Source of the DNA: Patescibacteria group bacterium
GTDB taxonomy: Bacteria > Patescibacteriota > Patescibacteriia > JAHJFT01
Assembly: GCA_028710985.1 (NCBI GenBank)
Contig: JAQTTB010000001.1
Location: 19,280 to 83,279 of the forward strand
DNA: 64,000 nucleotides
Direction of reading: 5' to 3'
The stretch's first letter is position 1; each line of letters opens with the position of its first letter. The position numbers and the translations under genes were made by a program. The notes below the pieces were generated by a model. The model saw nothing but the letters and a program-made list of their open reading frames with translations, was not told where the DNA came from and ran no database searches. Shown piece by piece: positions 9,451-18,071 of this stretch.

Positions 9451-9593
9451 TTAGTCAAAAGTTAAAAGTCAAAAGTCCAAAGTCAAGTCTAAAATTTTTT
9501 AGTCCAATCTCTCCAGCTGAATGTATCTATAACTTTTTGACTTTTAACTCAACTTTTAACTTTAGACTTTAGACTTTTAACTACAAAACAAAC
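9451..9593. repeat. intergenic inverted block of 7-nt periodic words (AAAGTYN x5 versus CTTTWRA x5-6)
   Basis: The left block, 9451-9494, carries GTTAAAAGTCAAAA (9461-9474) and AAGTCTAAA (9485-9493). The right block carries their complements: TTTTGACTTTTAAC (9535-9548, 14/14), GACTTTTAAC again (9572-9581) and TTTAGACTT twice (9561-9569, 9568-9576). It fills the 173-nt gap between two co-directional GT genes. Confidence 0.75.
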
Positions 9594-10712
9594 CTACCAA
9601 AATATAATTAGTCGTGCAATTAAAAAATAAAGATTAAACAACGGATTAGCGATTTTAAGCGCCCAATTATTAATTTCCTGATACTCAATCTTCCCTGTGA
9701 AATGACGAAGCACTTCTTTATCCCCGATACTTCTCGCGCGCGCGATTCTCGCGTGCTTGACGAAGAGATACGGCCAGTGCCACGGCGCGATCATCCAAAG
9801 ATATGCCTTAAGCTTCTCGCGCCACCAGCCGGACTTGATGGAAAAAATAAACTGCCCGAGCTCCATCGCGAGAAAGGCCGGCAGAAACACGAGCTGGGTC
9901 AGAAATTTATAATCGCAAAAATATAAAATAAAACGATTTCGCTCCATCCAGTAATATTTTGAAATACTCCGGCTGAATTCATATTCGTGATACACAACCG
10001 ACCGCGGCGCGAGCACGTTCACGAACCCGCCAAGCCGGAGCCGCCAGCCCAGATCCAGGTCTTCGTGATACGCAAAAAGTTTTTCATCAAAAAGCCCGGC
10101 ATCGCGCAAGGCGCCGATCTTGTATAAAACCCCGGCTCCGGAGCCGTAAGCAATTTCCGGAAGCCCGATAAAATCGCGTTCGCTCCGCGCCGCGCGCGAA
10201 CCGCCGCAAAATCCGAATCCCAGATAATGAATCATGTTGCCCGACGAATTAATGAGTCCGCGCTCGGGCCAGAGCGCGAGCAGAGACTGCACCGAACCGA
10301 TTTTCTGATTTGATTCCGCCGCATCGACGGCATGGCGCAAAAAATCCGGCTCAACCCGCGTATCGTAATTTATTAAATAAACATAATCAAAACCCTGCAC
10401 CTGCCTGCCGGTAGGCAGGGCCATTGCATACTCAATCGCGCGGTTGTTTCCGCCGGCAAAGCCGAGATTCGTGTTCATGGGCATAAAGTGAATCTTCGGC
10501 AGCCCCTGGGGCGGCGACTGCATTATCTCCAGAATGCGCTCGCGCGACCCGTCGGTTGACGCATTGTCAACAATAACAAGCTCAACCGCCTCCCGCGGAT
10601 AATCCAAGAGCGCGAGCGATTCAATCCAGGCATCTAAAAAACGCCGCGCCTTCCAGAGCACGGCGATAATTGCCACTCGTTTTACATCCTGATTATTCAT
10701 GCTTTTTTGCAT
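9594..10712 (-). CDS. glycosyltransferase family 2 (rhamnosyltransferase-like)
   Basis: VAIIAVLWKARRFLDAWIESL...VIVDNASTDGS, then DYVYLINYDTRV and YHEDLDLGWRLRLGG. The ORF-track start at 10838 is an extension overlapping the upstream gene. ATG at 10712 (MQKSMNN) or 10700 is more likely. Confidence 0.8.
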   Translation of the reverse strand: MQKSMNNQDVKRVAIIAVLWKARRFLDAWIESLALLDYPREAVELVIVDNASTDGSRERILEIMQSPPQGLPKIHFMPMNTNLGFAGGNNRAIEYAMALPTGRQVQGFDYVYLINYDTRVEPDFLRHAVDAAESNQKIGSVQSLLALWPERGLINSSGNMIHYLGFGFCGGSRAARSERDFIGLPEIAYGSGAGVLYKIGALRDAGLFDEKLFAYHEDLDLGWRLRLGGFVNVLAPRSVVYHEYEFSRSISKYYWMERNRFILYFCDYKFLTQLVFLPAFLAMELGQFIFSIKSGWWREKLKAYLWMIAPWHWPYLFVKHARIARARSIGDKEVLRHFTGKIEYQEINNWALKIANPLFNLYFLIARLIIFW

Positions 10713-11037
10713 CTTCACTCTTCTCTCCCACCGCGATTTCGCGGGTAATTTTTGTGATATTTTTTTCGATTGACTGAATTTTAATGAATATTCTGAACGC
10801 GAGATAAAATAACAGCACGATTGAAAGATATGTCGCAAGATCCGCGCCGCGCTCGACTCCGAACCAGGCCGCCGCCACGTCGGTTTTCTTTGGGATTACC
10901 GCCGCCGCGCTGACCGCAATCCAAAACAAAAGCCAAACCGCGAGCCATCCGGCGGTAATGTCTTTTGATCGGTACTTGCGGAACGCTCTCCAGGCCGCAA
11001 TCGCCGCAAATAATATAATAACCGCTTGAATTATCAC
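10693..11037 (-). CDS. small membrane protein, DUF2304-like (usual partner of polyprenol-phosphate GT2 enzymes)
   Basis: 114-aa ORF with a GTG start in a GTGA overlap with the upstream GT2 stop. Three TM helices plus the C-terminal amphipathic IFIKIQSIEKNITKITREIA. Confidence 0.65.
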   Translation of the reverse strand: MIIQAVIILFAAIAAWRAFRKYRSKDITAGWLAVWLLFWIAVSAAAVIPKKTDVAAAWFGVERGADLATYLSIVLLFYLAFRIFIKIQSIEKNITKITREIAVGEKSEDAKKHE

Positions 11038-11705
11038 AAAAATTTATTTAATAAATAATCCCAGACTATTTTTAACGAGCCGAGCGATCTCTGTCCTTTC
11101 GCCAGGCTTTCCGGCGTGTATTTAACCGTTACCGGCACTTCGACATATCTTAATTTGTTCCTTCCGATTTCGTCAAGAATTTCCGAAGCGTGAGCCATTC
11201 TGTCCTGGGTAATTTTAATCTTCTCGGCCGCCTCACGGCTCAATGCGCGGAATCCGTTATGCGTGTCTGTGACCCTAAGCCCGGAAGTCAAACGGGTAAA
11301 AATTATACCACCCATAAGCACGAGCTGGCGCAAAGCCGGCACATTGGATTTTTTTCCCAAAAACCGCGAGCCCAGCGCCACATCCGCCCCGCCAAGAATA
11401 ATCGGCTTCACCATCTCGTCAATCTCTTCGGCCAGATGCTGGCCGTCAGCATCATAATGCACGATAATATCCGCGCCCAGGCTCCGGAGAGTGAATTCGG
11501 TACCCGTGGCAAGAGCCGCCCCCTGTCCACGGTTAATCACGTGACGCAGTACCACCGCTCCGGCCGTTCTTGCGACTTCAGCCGTCGCGTCGGTTGAACC
11601 GTCATCAACAACTACGGCGGCATCAATATGCGGCTTTATATCTTCTATGACTTTCGTGATAGAAGCCTCCTCGTTGTAAGCTGGTATTACTGCTACTATT
11701 TTCAT
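11034..11705 (-). CDS. glycosyltransferase family 2, polyprenol-phosphate sugar synthase-like (soluble DPM1/GtrB-type)
   Basis: 223-aa ORF: KIVAVIPAYNEEASITKVIEDI...VVVDDGSTDAT...HYDADGQH. Confidence 0.8.
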   Translation of the reverse strand: MKIVAVIPAYNEEASITKVIEDIKPHIDAAVVVDDGSTDATAEVARTAGAVVLRHVINRGQGAALATGTEFTLRSLGADIIVHYDADGQHLAEEIDEMVKPIILGGADVALGSRFLGKKSNVPALRQLVLMGGIIFTRLTSGLRVTDTHNGFRALSREAAEKIKITQDRMAHASEILDEIGRNKLRYVEVPVTVKYTPESLAKGQRSLGSLKIVWDYLLNKFL

Positions 11706-11731
11706 AAAACTACTTTCGCATCAATATTATC

Positions 11732-11960
11732 GTCATTCCCGCGAAGGCGGGAATCCAGAAACAGTATACCTTGCGGATTCGATTTATAAACTGTCACACA
11801 AATCACTCCAAAGCGGATTGCAGTCTTCAATGAATTTAATCTTTTAGACCCTTTCCACTTATTGGAGGATGCAAATATAGAACTGCCGATAATCGGACAT
11901 AGCATAAATAAGTAGCCCCGAGATTAATTGGTTGTGGATTCCCGCCTTCGCGGGAATGAC
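11732..11960. repeat. MITE-like unit bounded by 26-bp perfect terminal inverted repeats, each a REP-type hairpin
   Basis: GTCATTCCCGCGAAGGCGGGAATCCA (11732-11757) is the exact reverse complement of TGGATTCCCGCCTTCGCGGGAATGAC (11935-11960). The arms are 177 bp apart. Each arm is itself a palindrome (ATTCCCGC-GAAG-GCGGGAAT). It occupies the gap between two co-directional genes. Confidence 0.7.
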
Positions 11961-11964
11961 AGTT

Positions 11965-12978
11965 CTAAATCCCAACCAACCCCTTCTGCACCCTTGAAAA
12001 ATCAATCGTCTTTTGAAGGCCCTCCTCAAGCCGCACGAGCGGAATCCAGTCTAGCCTCTCTTTGGCTTTGGTGATATCCGGAAGCCCAAGTTCGGTCATG
12101 AAAAGAAGCGGGGGTTCATGTTTGATTTCCGAGGATGAATTCACCATGGCGATTATTTTCTTTGCCACGTCGGCGAGCAGGAAATCCTGGTCCGATCCGA
12201 GATTCACGGGCCCGATATCCGCCGGCGCCTGCATCAGGCGCTTCAGCCCGTCAACAATATCCGAGACAAAACACAGGCTTGTTTTAAAACTTTCATCGCC
12301 GTAAATAACCAGTTCTTTGCCGTCAAGCGCGTCGGTGATAAAATCCGGTATCATCTGGCCGTCAAAAAGTTTCATGCGCGGCCCGTAGGTGCGGAAGATA
12401 CGCGCAATTTTCGCGTCGATCCCAAAAACTTGACTATAAGTCGCGACCATTGCTTCAGCGAAGCGCTTTCCCTCATCATAACAGGCGCGAGGCGAAATGG
12501 TTGAAACCCCGCCGATTTCATCTTCCCGAAAAGAAAGATGCTCTTCTTTGCGCCCTCCATAAATTACCGAACTGGATGTAAAGAGAAATTTTGCTTTGTA
12601 CTTCACCGCGATATCCAGGGCGTGCCTTGTTCCGACCGAGTTGGAAAGCGCGGTCTGCAGCTTAAATTCATCAAATCGTTTCGCCGATGTCGGACAGGCC
12701 AGATGATAAACTTCCTGAATTCCCTGAAAACGCAATTTGAACCTCTCAAGCTCGGGAAATGATTCCAGATCAAACGGTTCGTTGGTATCCAGCCGCAGAA
12801 ATTCAAAATCCGGATTCTGCATCAACCGGTCAATGTTTGATTCCGAGCTCGTCACAAAATTATCAATACAAATAACCTTGGCTTCATCCAAAAGCGACTC
12901 GCAGAGGTGTGAACCGATAAATCCGGCCCCGCCGGTGACAAGCACATTTTTCTTCTCAAATATGGGCGAAATTGGCAT
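11965..12978 (-). CDS. NAD-dependent SDR, UDP-glucuronate decarboxylase (UXS)-like
   Basis: 337-aa ORF: VLVTGGAGFIGSHLCESLL, VYHLACPTSAKRF, YDEGKRFAEAM (YxxxK). The usual STSEVYG motif is diverged to TSSSVIYG. Confidence 0.7.
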   Translation of the reverse strand: MPISPIFEKKNVLVTGGAGFIGSHLCESLLDEAKVICIDNFVTSSESNIDRLMQNPDFEFLRLDTNEPFDLESFPELERFKLRFQGIQEVYHLACPTSAKRFDEFKLQTALSNSVGTRHALDIAVKYKAKFLFTSSSVIYGGRKEEHLSFREDEIGGVSTISPRACYDEGKRFAEAMVATYSQVFGIDAKIARIFRTYGPRMKLFDGQMIPDFITDALDGKELVIYGDESFKTSLCFVSDIVDGLKRLMQAPADIGPVNLGSDQDFLLADVAKKIIAMVNSSSEIKHEPPLLFMTELGLPDITKAKERLDWIPLVRLEEGLQKTIDFSRVQKGLVGI

Positions 12979-13082
12979 AATTTTTGTATTTATTTTATCA
13001 AGTTTATATGTATATTTTAGACGAAATCACGCTTTTTGGCAAGGAGCGAGAATAATAATAAAACGAGCCGATTAAAGCCCGC

Positions 13083-13114
13083 TTTGTTCCATTGTTCTAT
13101 TGTTTTATTGTTCT
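13083..13114 (-). repeat. 8-nt periodic word array (sense AGAACAAT AAAACAAT AGAACAAT GGAACAAA) across the GtrA-like stop codon
   Basis: The plus strand reads TTTGTTCC ATTGTTCT ATTGTTTT ATTGTTCT. This is the same word family as 9091-9122 and 53967-54074. The stop codon is at 13097-13099. Confidence 0.8.
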
Positions 13115-13552
13115 CTTAAAAATGAATATTTTCTGAAAAAAGAAATTAATAAAATAGAGAATGGCATACACCACAAATTTTGCCGCCACGTCCCAGATTC
13201 CGAGGTAATGCACCGTGACAAACAGCAGGCCTTCGCCGATCAAAAAAACCACAAGCGCGTTAATCCAATAAACCGCATACTGCCTGACCACGCGCTTATC
13301 CGTATCGCCGAAAGTATAAGTCTTGTTAAACCAATAACCCACGATCGCGCCGAGCGTCATGCTCACAAAATTCGCCAAAAGATAATGTATGCCGAAAATT
13401 TTTGTGAGCAATAGATACGTCCCAAAATCAACGCCGGTCGCCCCGGTCCCCACGATCGTGAACCGCCACAGCTGTTTGATGGTTTGAAAAAGATTTGATT
13501 TTTGAGATATATTTTTGAGATTTGAGATTTGAGATTTGAGATTATCTTCCAT
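13097..13552 (-). CDS. GtrA-like family membrane protein (putative lipid-linked sugar translocase)
   Basis: 151-aa ORF with 4 TM helices: RFTIVGTGATGVDFGTYLLL...LANFVSMTLGAIVGYWFNKTYTF. Confidence 0.75.
   Translation of the reverse strand: MEDNLKSQISNLKNISQKSNLFQTIKQLWRFTIVGTGATGVDFGTYLLLTKIFGIHYLLANFVSMTLGAIVGYWFNKTYTFGDTDKRVVRQYAVYWINALVVFLIGEGLLFVTVHYLGIWDVAAKFVVYAILYFINFFFQKIFIFKRTIKQ
13514..13541 (-). repeat. perfect heptanucleotide tandem repeat (TTTGAGA)x4 in codons 4-13 of the GtrA-like gene
   Basis: Exact copies at 13514-20, 13521-27, 13528-34 and 13535-41, plus an isolated fifth copy at 13501-07. The array also lies in the divergent promoter region of the priming transferase gene. 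Confidence 0.95.
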
Positions 13553-13613
13553 ACTCTTGAAATTTTATCTAATATTAGTTAATATATGCCCACAAGCACA
13601 TATATTATCTCCT

Positions 13614-14993
13614 ATGACCGACACCATTGTCAAAGTAAAGAAAGCCCTGCTCGTGCTCGGCGACCTCGCGGCCGCCTATTCTTCGCTTTATCTTACCCTG
13701 CTTTTACGCTACCGCGACGGCCTGAATCTTGAAGCCTGGCAGAGCCATCTCGTCCCGTTCACCGCAATTTACCTTGCCTGGATTGTGGTATTTTTTATAA
13801 GCGACCTTTATAACCTGAACACCGCGCGAAACACCGTGGATTTCCGCCGACGCTTCTTCCAGGCTCTGGCAATCAACGCCCTGATCGCGGTCGCCTTCTT
13901 CTACCTCAATCCCGCCGTCGCTATTGCGCCAAAAACCAACCTTATTATCAACATCGCAGTTTTTGCGATTCTCGCCTACTTTTGGCGCGCGATTTTCAAC
14001 CTCGCGGCTTCACATTCAATTTTCGCGAACCGCGTGCTCTTTATTGGTTCACAGAAAAAATTTCAAGACATCATGCCCGACCTCGCACGAGGCGCCTATC
14101 ACGACTGGAAGGTCGTTGCCGTTGTCGACCCGCAGGAGATTAAAGAATACCGCCGCGACAACGTCAGTTTTTATAAAAACACCACCCCGCTTTCCGAAAT
14201 CATTAACCAGGAAAAAATCAGCACCATCGTGCTCGGCCTCTCCCCGGAAGAGCACCCGCGTCTCGGAAGAGAACTCTACGACTGTATCTTTGCCCATTCA
14301 ATCGCAGTCGTGAATTTGCCGAAATTTTATGAAATCGTCACCCAGCGCCTGCCGGCCGATTTGCTTTCAGAATACTGGTTTTTGGAAAATATCAAAGAAA
14401 TGGACAAAAAATTCCACGACTCGGCAAAGGCCATCGCCGATATCGCCCTCTCAATCGCCTTTGGCGCATTTTTCCTCGCCACCCTACCGATTATCGCGGC
14501 CGCGACACTGATCGACAGCGGCTGGCCAATTTTTTACACCCAGAACCGCGTCGGCCGCCGAGGCAAAATTTTCAAAATCATCAAATACCGCACCATGTAC
14601 CGCGATGCCGAGCTCCAGGGCGCGCTCTGGGCTAAGCGCAACGATGCACGCATTACCCGCGTCGGCCGCTTGCTCCGCAAAACCCGGCTGGACGAACTGC
14701 CGCAGATTATCAATGTCCTCAAGACCGACATGAGCTTCATTGGCCCGCGGCCGGAACGCCCGGAATTTGTAGCTGATTTGGAACGCATGATGCCGTTCTA
14801 CGCTCTCCGCCACTTAACCCGGCCCGGACTCACCGGTTGGGCGCAAATCAATTATGAATACGCCGCGAGCTACGAGGAAAATTTGAAAAAACTACAATAC
14901 GATTTATACTATATCAAGAACCGGTCACTCCTCTTGGACTTTAAAATACTTTTAAAGACCGCCGGGATTGTAATAAGCAGGAAGGGGCAATAA
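13614..14993 (+). CDS. polyprenyl-phosphate sugar-phosphate transferase (WbaP/EpsB-type priming enzyme)
   Basis: N-terminal TM helices, a central domain, and a C-terminal Bac_transf motif region: RDAELQGALWAKRNDARITRVGRLLRKTRLDELPQIINVLKTDMSFIGPRPERPEF...PGLTGWAQIN. The ORF-track TTG start at 13536 is probably an extension. ATG at 13614 (MTDTIVKV) is preferred. Confidence 0.85.
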   Translation: MTDTIVKVKKALLVLGDLAAAYSSLYLTLLLRYRDGLNLEAWQSHLVPFTAIYLAWIVVFFISDLYNLNTARNTVDFRRRFFQALAINALIAVAFFYLNPAVAIAPKTNLIINIAVFAILAYFWRAIFNLAASHSIFANRVLFIGSQKKFQDIMPDLARGAYHDWKVVAVVDPQEIKEYRRDNVSFYKNTTPLSEIINQEKISTIVLGLSPEEHPRLGRELYDCIFAHSIAVVNLPKFYEIVTQRLPADLLSEYWFLENIKEMDKKFHDSAKAIADIALSIAFGAFFLATLPIIAAATLIDSGWPIFYTQNRVGRRGKIFKIIKYRTMYRDAELQGALWAKRNDARITRVGRLLRKTRLDELPQIINVLKTDMSFIGPRPERPEFVADLERMMPFYALRHLTRPGLTGWAQINYEYAASYEENLKKLQYDLYYIKNRSLLLDFKILLKTAGIVISRKGQ

Positions 14994-15007
14994 AAAAATA
15001 ACAAAAA

Positions 15008-15037
15008 ATAGGTGTTTGCAGACACCTATTTTTTTAC
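15008..15037. terminator. bidirectional rho-independent terminator
   Basis: ATAGGTGT-TTGCAG-ACACCTAT, an 8-bp stem, is preceded by AAAAAA and followed by TTTTTTT. It sits between convergent stops at 14991-14993 and 15039-15041. Confidence 0.7.
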
Positions 15038-15038
15038 A

Positions 15039-15956
15039 CTATTTATTTTCCAATCCCCACCGTTCAAACAAATCTTTCATCCCGTCGATGAACTTTACCT
15101 GCGGCTCCCAGCCAAGAAGTTCTTTGGCGCGCCGGATGTCCGCCCGCGTATGCTTGGCCTCAATGCGCGGCGGCAAAAATACTTTTTCCCCGCCGAACAT
15201 GGCCGCGATTTCATTGACCGAATGGTTATCTTCGGCACCGATATTTATCACTTCGCCTTTCCCCACCTTCATGGATTCAAGCGCTAGAATATTGGCGTTA
15301 ACCACATCGTTTATATGCGTAAAATCGCGCGTCTGCTCACCGTCGCCGATTATGGTCAAGGGTTTACCGGCGTCATAGAGCTGCTTAAAAATACTCATTA
15401 CCGTCACATAGGCCCCCTTATCCGCCATGCCCTGGCCATAGACATTAAAATAACGTAAAGAAACCGTAGGTAGTTTGTAGATATTGGCAAAAATTTTCGC
15501 GTACAGCTCACCAATGTATTTCTGAAGGCCATATGGATGCATCGGTTGAGCCGGCAGTCCTTCGTGGAGCGGCAATGTCTCCTGCTCGCCATAAGCCGAT
15601 GACGAGGCGGAATAAACTAACTTCTTGACACCCGCATCACGGGCCGCGATTAACACGTTCAATGTTCCACCAACATTTGCTTCGTGCGTCTCCTGCGGCT
15701 TCTCGATTGAAAGCGGCACCCTCGGAAGAGCCGCGACGTGAAAAACCCCCTCAACGCCAGTAAAGTGCGGCTTTATCTCATCAAGTTTAGTTATATCGGC
15801 AAACACAAATTCCGCATCCGGATGCAAATTTTCTTTTTTACCGGTAGACAAATTATCAATAATCTTCACGGCGTAGCCGCGGCTGATTAATTCTTTTACC
15901 AAATTATGGCCGATAAATCCCGCGCCGCCAGTGACTAAAACTTTTTTATAATTCAT
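15039..15956 (-). CDS. NAD-dependent nucleotide-sugar epimerase (UDP-hexose 4-epimerase family)
   Basis: 305-aa ORF: VLVTGGAGFIGHNLVKEL, SASSSAYG, YGLQKYIGE (YxxxK). Confidence 0.85.
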   Translation of the reverse strand: MNYKKVLVTGGAGFIGHNLVKELISRGYAVKIIDNLSTGKKENLHPDAEFVFADITKLDEIKPHFTGVEGVFHVAALPRVPLSIEKPQETHEANVGGTLNVLIAARDAGVKKLVYSASSSAYGEQETLPLHEGLPAQPMHPYGLQKYIGELYAKIFANIYKLPTVSLRYFNVYGQGMADKGAYVTVMSIFKQLYDAGKPLTIIGDGEQTRDFTHINDVVNANILALESMKVGKGEVINIGAEDNHSVNEIAAMFGGEKVFLPPRIEAKHTRADIRRAKELLGWEPQVKFIDGMKDLFERWGLENK

Positions 15957-16004
15957 ATTACCGATCTTTATTTATTTAAATTATTGTAGCATAGACTGAA
16001 TCTT

Positions 16005-16033
16005 TTGACAAGGGCGGCTAATTCGGATAAAAT
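16005..16033 (+). promoter_or_regulatory. sigma70-type promoter of the flippase gene
   Basis: TTGACA (16005-16010), 17 nt, TAAAAT (16028-16033), 22 nt upstream of the ATG at 16055. Confidence 0.6.
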
Positions 16034-16054
16034 ATTGAATATTCATAAAGACCC

Positions 16055-17308
16055 ATGGAAATCAAATTAATAAAAATCGCTGAAAAATTTTTCAAAACCG
16101 ACATTAATTATTTAATTAAGGGCGGCTTTTGGCTTACTTCCGGGCAAATCCTTACTTCGCTGTCATCTCTAATTTTAGCAATCGCTTTTGCCAATTTGCT
16201 GGAAAGAGAATCTTATGGCACCTATAGATATATTCTTTCCGCAATCGGCATCATTTCGCTCTTTACTCTTCCGGGAATAAATACCTCTTTGATAAGATCG
16301 ATAGCGAATAATTTTTCCGGATCCTACCTGAAGGCAATTAAGACAAAGTTTAAATTTTCACTGATTGCCACTATAGCTTGCTTAATAGTCGGAATATATT
16401 ATTTTTATTGCCAAAATAATGAAATTGCCTTTTGTTTCTTTATTATTGCATCCATTATCCCTTTCAATAAATCATCCGAACTCTATTTGTCTGTACTGAA
16501 CGGCCAGAAAAGATTTAAACTCTATACTATTCTATATGCGAGTTCAAATATTATTGCAACGTTGTCAATAATCTTAACTTTATTTTTCACGGATAGTTTA
16601 GCGCTAATTTTAACGTCGTATTTCTTATCTTATACGATCCTGCAATTAATATTTTCTTTGTACGTAAAAAAATACCTAAACAACAATGAGGCTGATAATA
16701 CCGTTGAATATGGCATTCATTTGAGCATAATGGATGTAATCAAAACGATCGCCGGACATCTCGACAGGATACTCATATTCAACGCAATGGGACCGTTAGA
16801 GGTGGCTATTTACTCTTTTGCCGTTGTCCCGCATAGCCAGGCAAAAAGTTTCCTCGAAAATATTAAAGTCCTCGCTTTCCCCAAACTTAGCGCGTCCAAC
16901 GAGGAGGATATAAGAAAATTTTTACCAAAAAAAATTCTAAAAATGGAGCTCATAATCGCAATCTTGGTAATCATCTACATCTTCGCCGCTCCGACCCTAT
17001 TCCAAATATTTCTCCCGAAATACATGGATTCGGTCCTCTATTCCCAAGTGTACTTTATCTCGTTGATATTTTTCCCAAGAACAATTTTATCTACCGCAAT
17101 GACCGCAAAAATAAAAAAGAAAGAACTTTATTCCATAAGAATCCTCAGTCCAATACTAAGAATTATACTGATGGTCGTCGGATTAAAATTCTTTCAACTT
17201 TGGGGCGTACTCGTCGCGGGTATGGCGGCAAATGCGCTCATGATGTTAATCTACGGCTATTACTTTAAAAAAGCATTCAAGCAAATCACTTATCAATCAT
17301 CTCTCTAG
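16055..17308 (+). CDS. Wzx-like polysaccharide flippase (MOP superfamily)
   Basis: 417-aa ORF with ~12 TM helices and the typical N-terminal region (INYLIKGGFWLTSGQILTSLSSLILAIAFANLL). It is the first AT-rich gene of the island. Confidence 0.7.
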   Translation: MEIKLIKIAEKFFKTDINYLIKGGFWLTSGQILTSLSSLILAIAFANLLERESYGTYRYILSAIGIISLFTLPGINTSLIRSIANNFSGSYLKAIKTKFKFSLIATIACLIVGIYYFYCQNNEIAFCFFIIASIIPFNKSSELYLSVLNGQKRFKLYTILYASSNIIATLSIILTLFFTDSLALILTSYFLSYTILQLIFSLYVKKYLNNNEADNTVEYGIHLSIMDVIKTIAGHLDRILIFNAMGPLEVAIYSFAVVPHSQAKSFLENIKVLAFPKLSASNEEDIRKFLPKKILKMELIIAILVIIYIFAAPTLFQIFLPKYMDSVLYSQVYFISLIFFPRTILSTAMTAKIKKKELYSIRILSPILRIILMVVGLKFFQLWGVLVAGMAANALMMLIYGYYFKKAFKQITYQSSL

Positions 17309-18071
17309 AAAAAAGACTGTTGCGGGGATATATCAGCAAGATCTGAAATAGCAAATATACTATCGAAAAAATGATATATAGACCATACATCCATACTCCA
17401 TATCTAATATCGTACAAGCAAACCAATAATATCAATAAATACCATATCCATACGAAGTCGTAGATCATACTTACCGAATAGTTAAGAAATTTCATAAAAA
17501 CCTTTTTACCCGTAAAGAGGTTTTTATTATAATCCCTGAGGACATCCTGATGATTTTCAAGAGTAACTTTATATTTGATATGATGCCTCAACTTACCTAG
17601 CATTTTATAGTTAGTGAGCAATATGGAAAAAACAATGCTCGAAATTAATATCAGCATGTTCTGCGTAAGAACATAAAGAAAAACGCCCGTAGAAAAAGTC
17701 AAGGCAAACGGATAATAGAAATGAAATAATATCTCGTAATATATTCCCCTCTGAGTATAATGCTCACGATATCGGGCAATACCACCGTCTACCTTATCCA
17801 ACATTGATGATATTCTCATCAAAATAAGCTGGATAAAATATATCCAGAAAGGATCTACGGCAAATAACAGTAAATTAATAAAAAGGGAGATAATCAATAA
17901 CGCCACATTCAAAACGGACACGAAGTTGGGCGAAATTTTTGGAAAAATATTTAACAAAATAAATGTTATATACAAGGCCAGATAGCGTTCTGCGCGGTAT
18001 ATAATACCGCTCTTTTTTATTTTTTCCTGCTTGCCCAAGAAACATTTATCCCTCAGCTCAGAAAATGTCAT
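17286..18071 (-). CDS. polytopic membrane protein, CDP-alcohol phosphatidyltransferase-like with a degenerate motif
   Basis: 261-aa ORF. LDKVDGGIARYREHYTQRGIYYEILFH matches DG-x2-AR-x8-G, but the two terminal Asp residues are replaced (E, H). Its 3' end overlaps the convergent wzx-like gene by 23 nt. Confidence 0.4.
   Translation of the reverse strand: MTFSELRDKCFLGKQEKIKKSGIIYRAERYLALYITFILLNIFPKISPNFVSVLNVALLIISLFINLLLFAVDPFWIYFIQLILMRISSMLDKVDGGIARYREHYTQRGIYYEILFHFYYPFALTFSTGVFLYVLTQNMLILISSIVFSILLTNYKMLGKLRHHIKYKVTLENHQDVLRDYNKNLFTGKKVFMKFLNYSVSMIYDFVWIWYLLILLVCLYDIRYGVWMYGLYIIFSIVYLLFQILLIYPRNSLFSREMIDK

Noticed and set aside
9091-13541. Short tandem arrays (8-nt x4, 7-nt x4-5, and the 7-nt word blocks at 9.45-9.59 kb) considered as possible CRISPR arrays
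   Set aside because: The units are 7-8 nt and contiguous with no spacers, and no cas genes are present. They do not fit CRISPR architecture.
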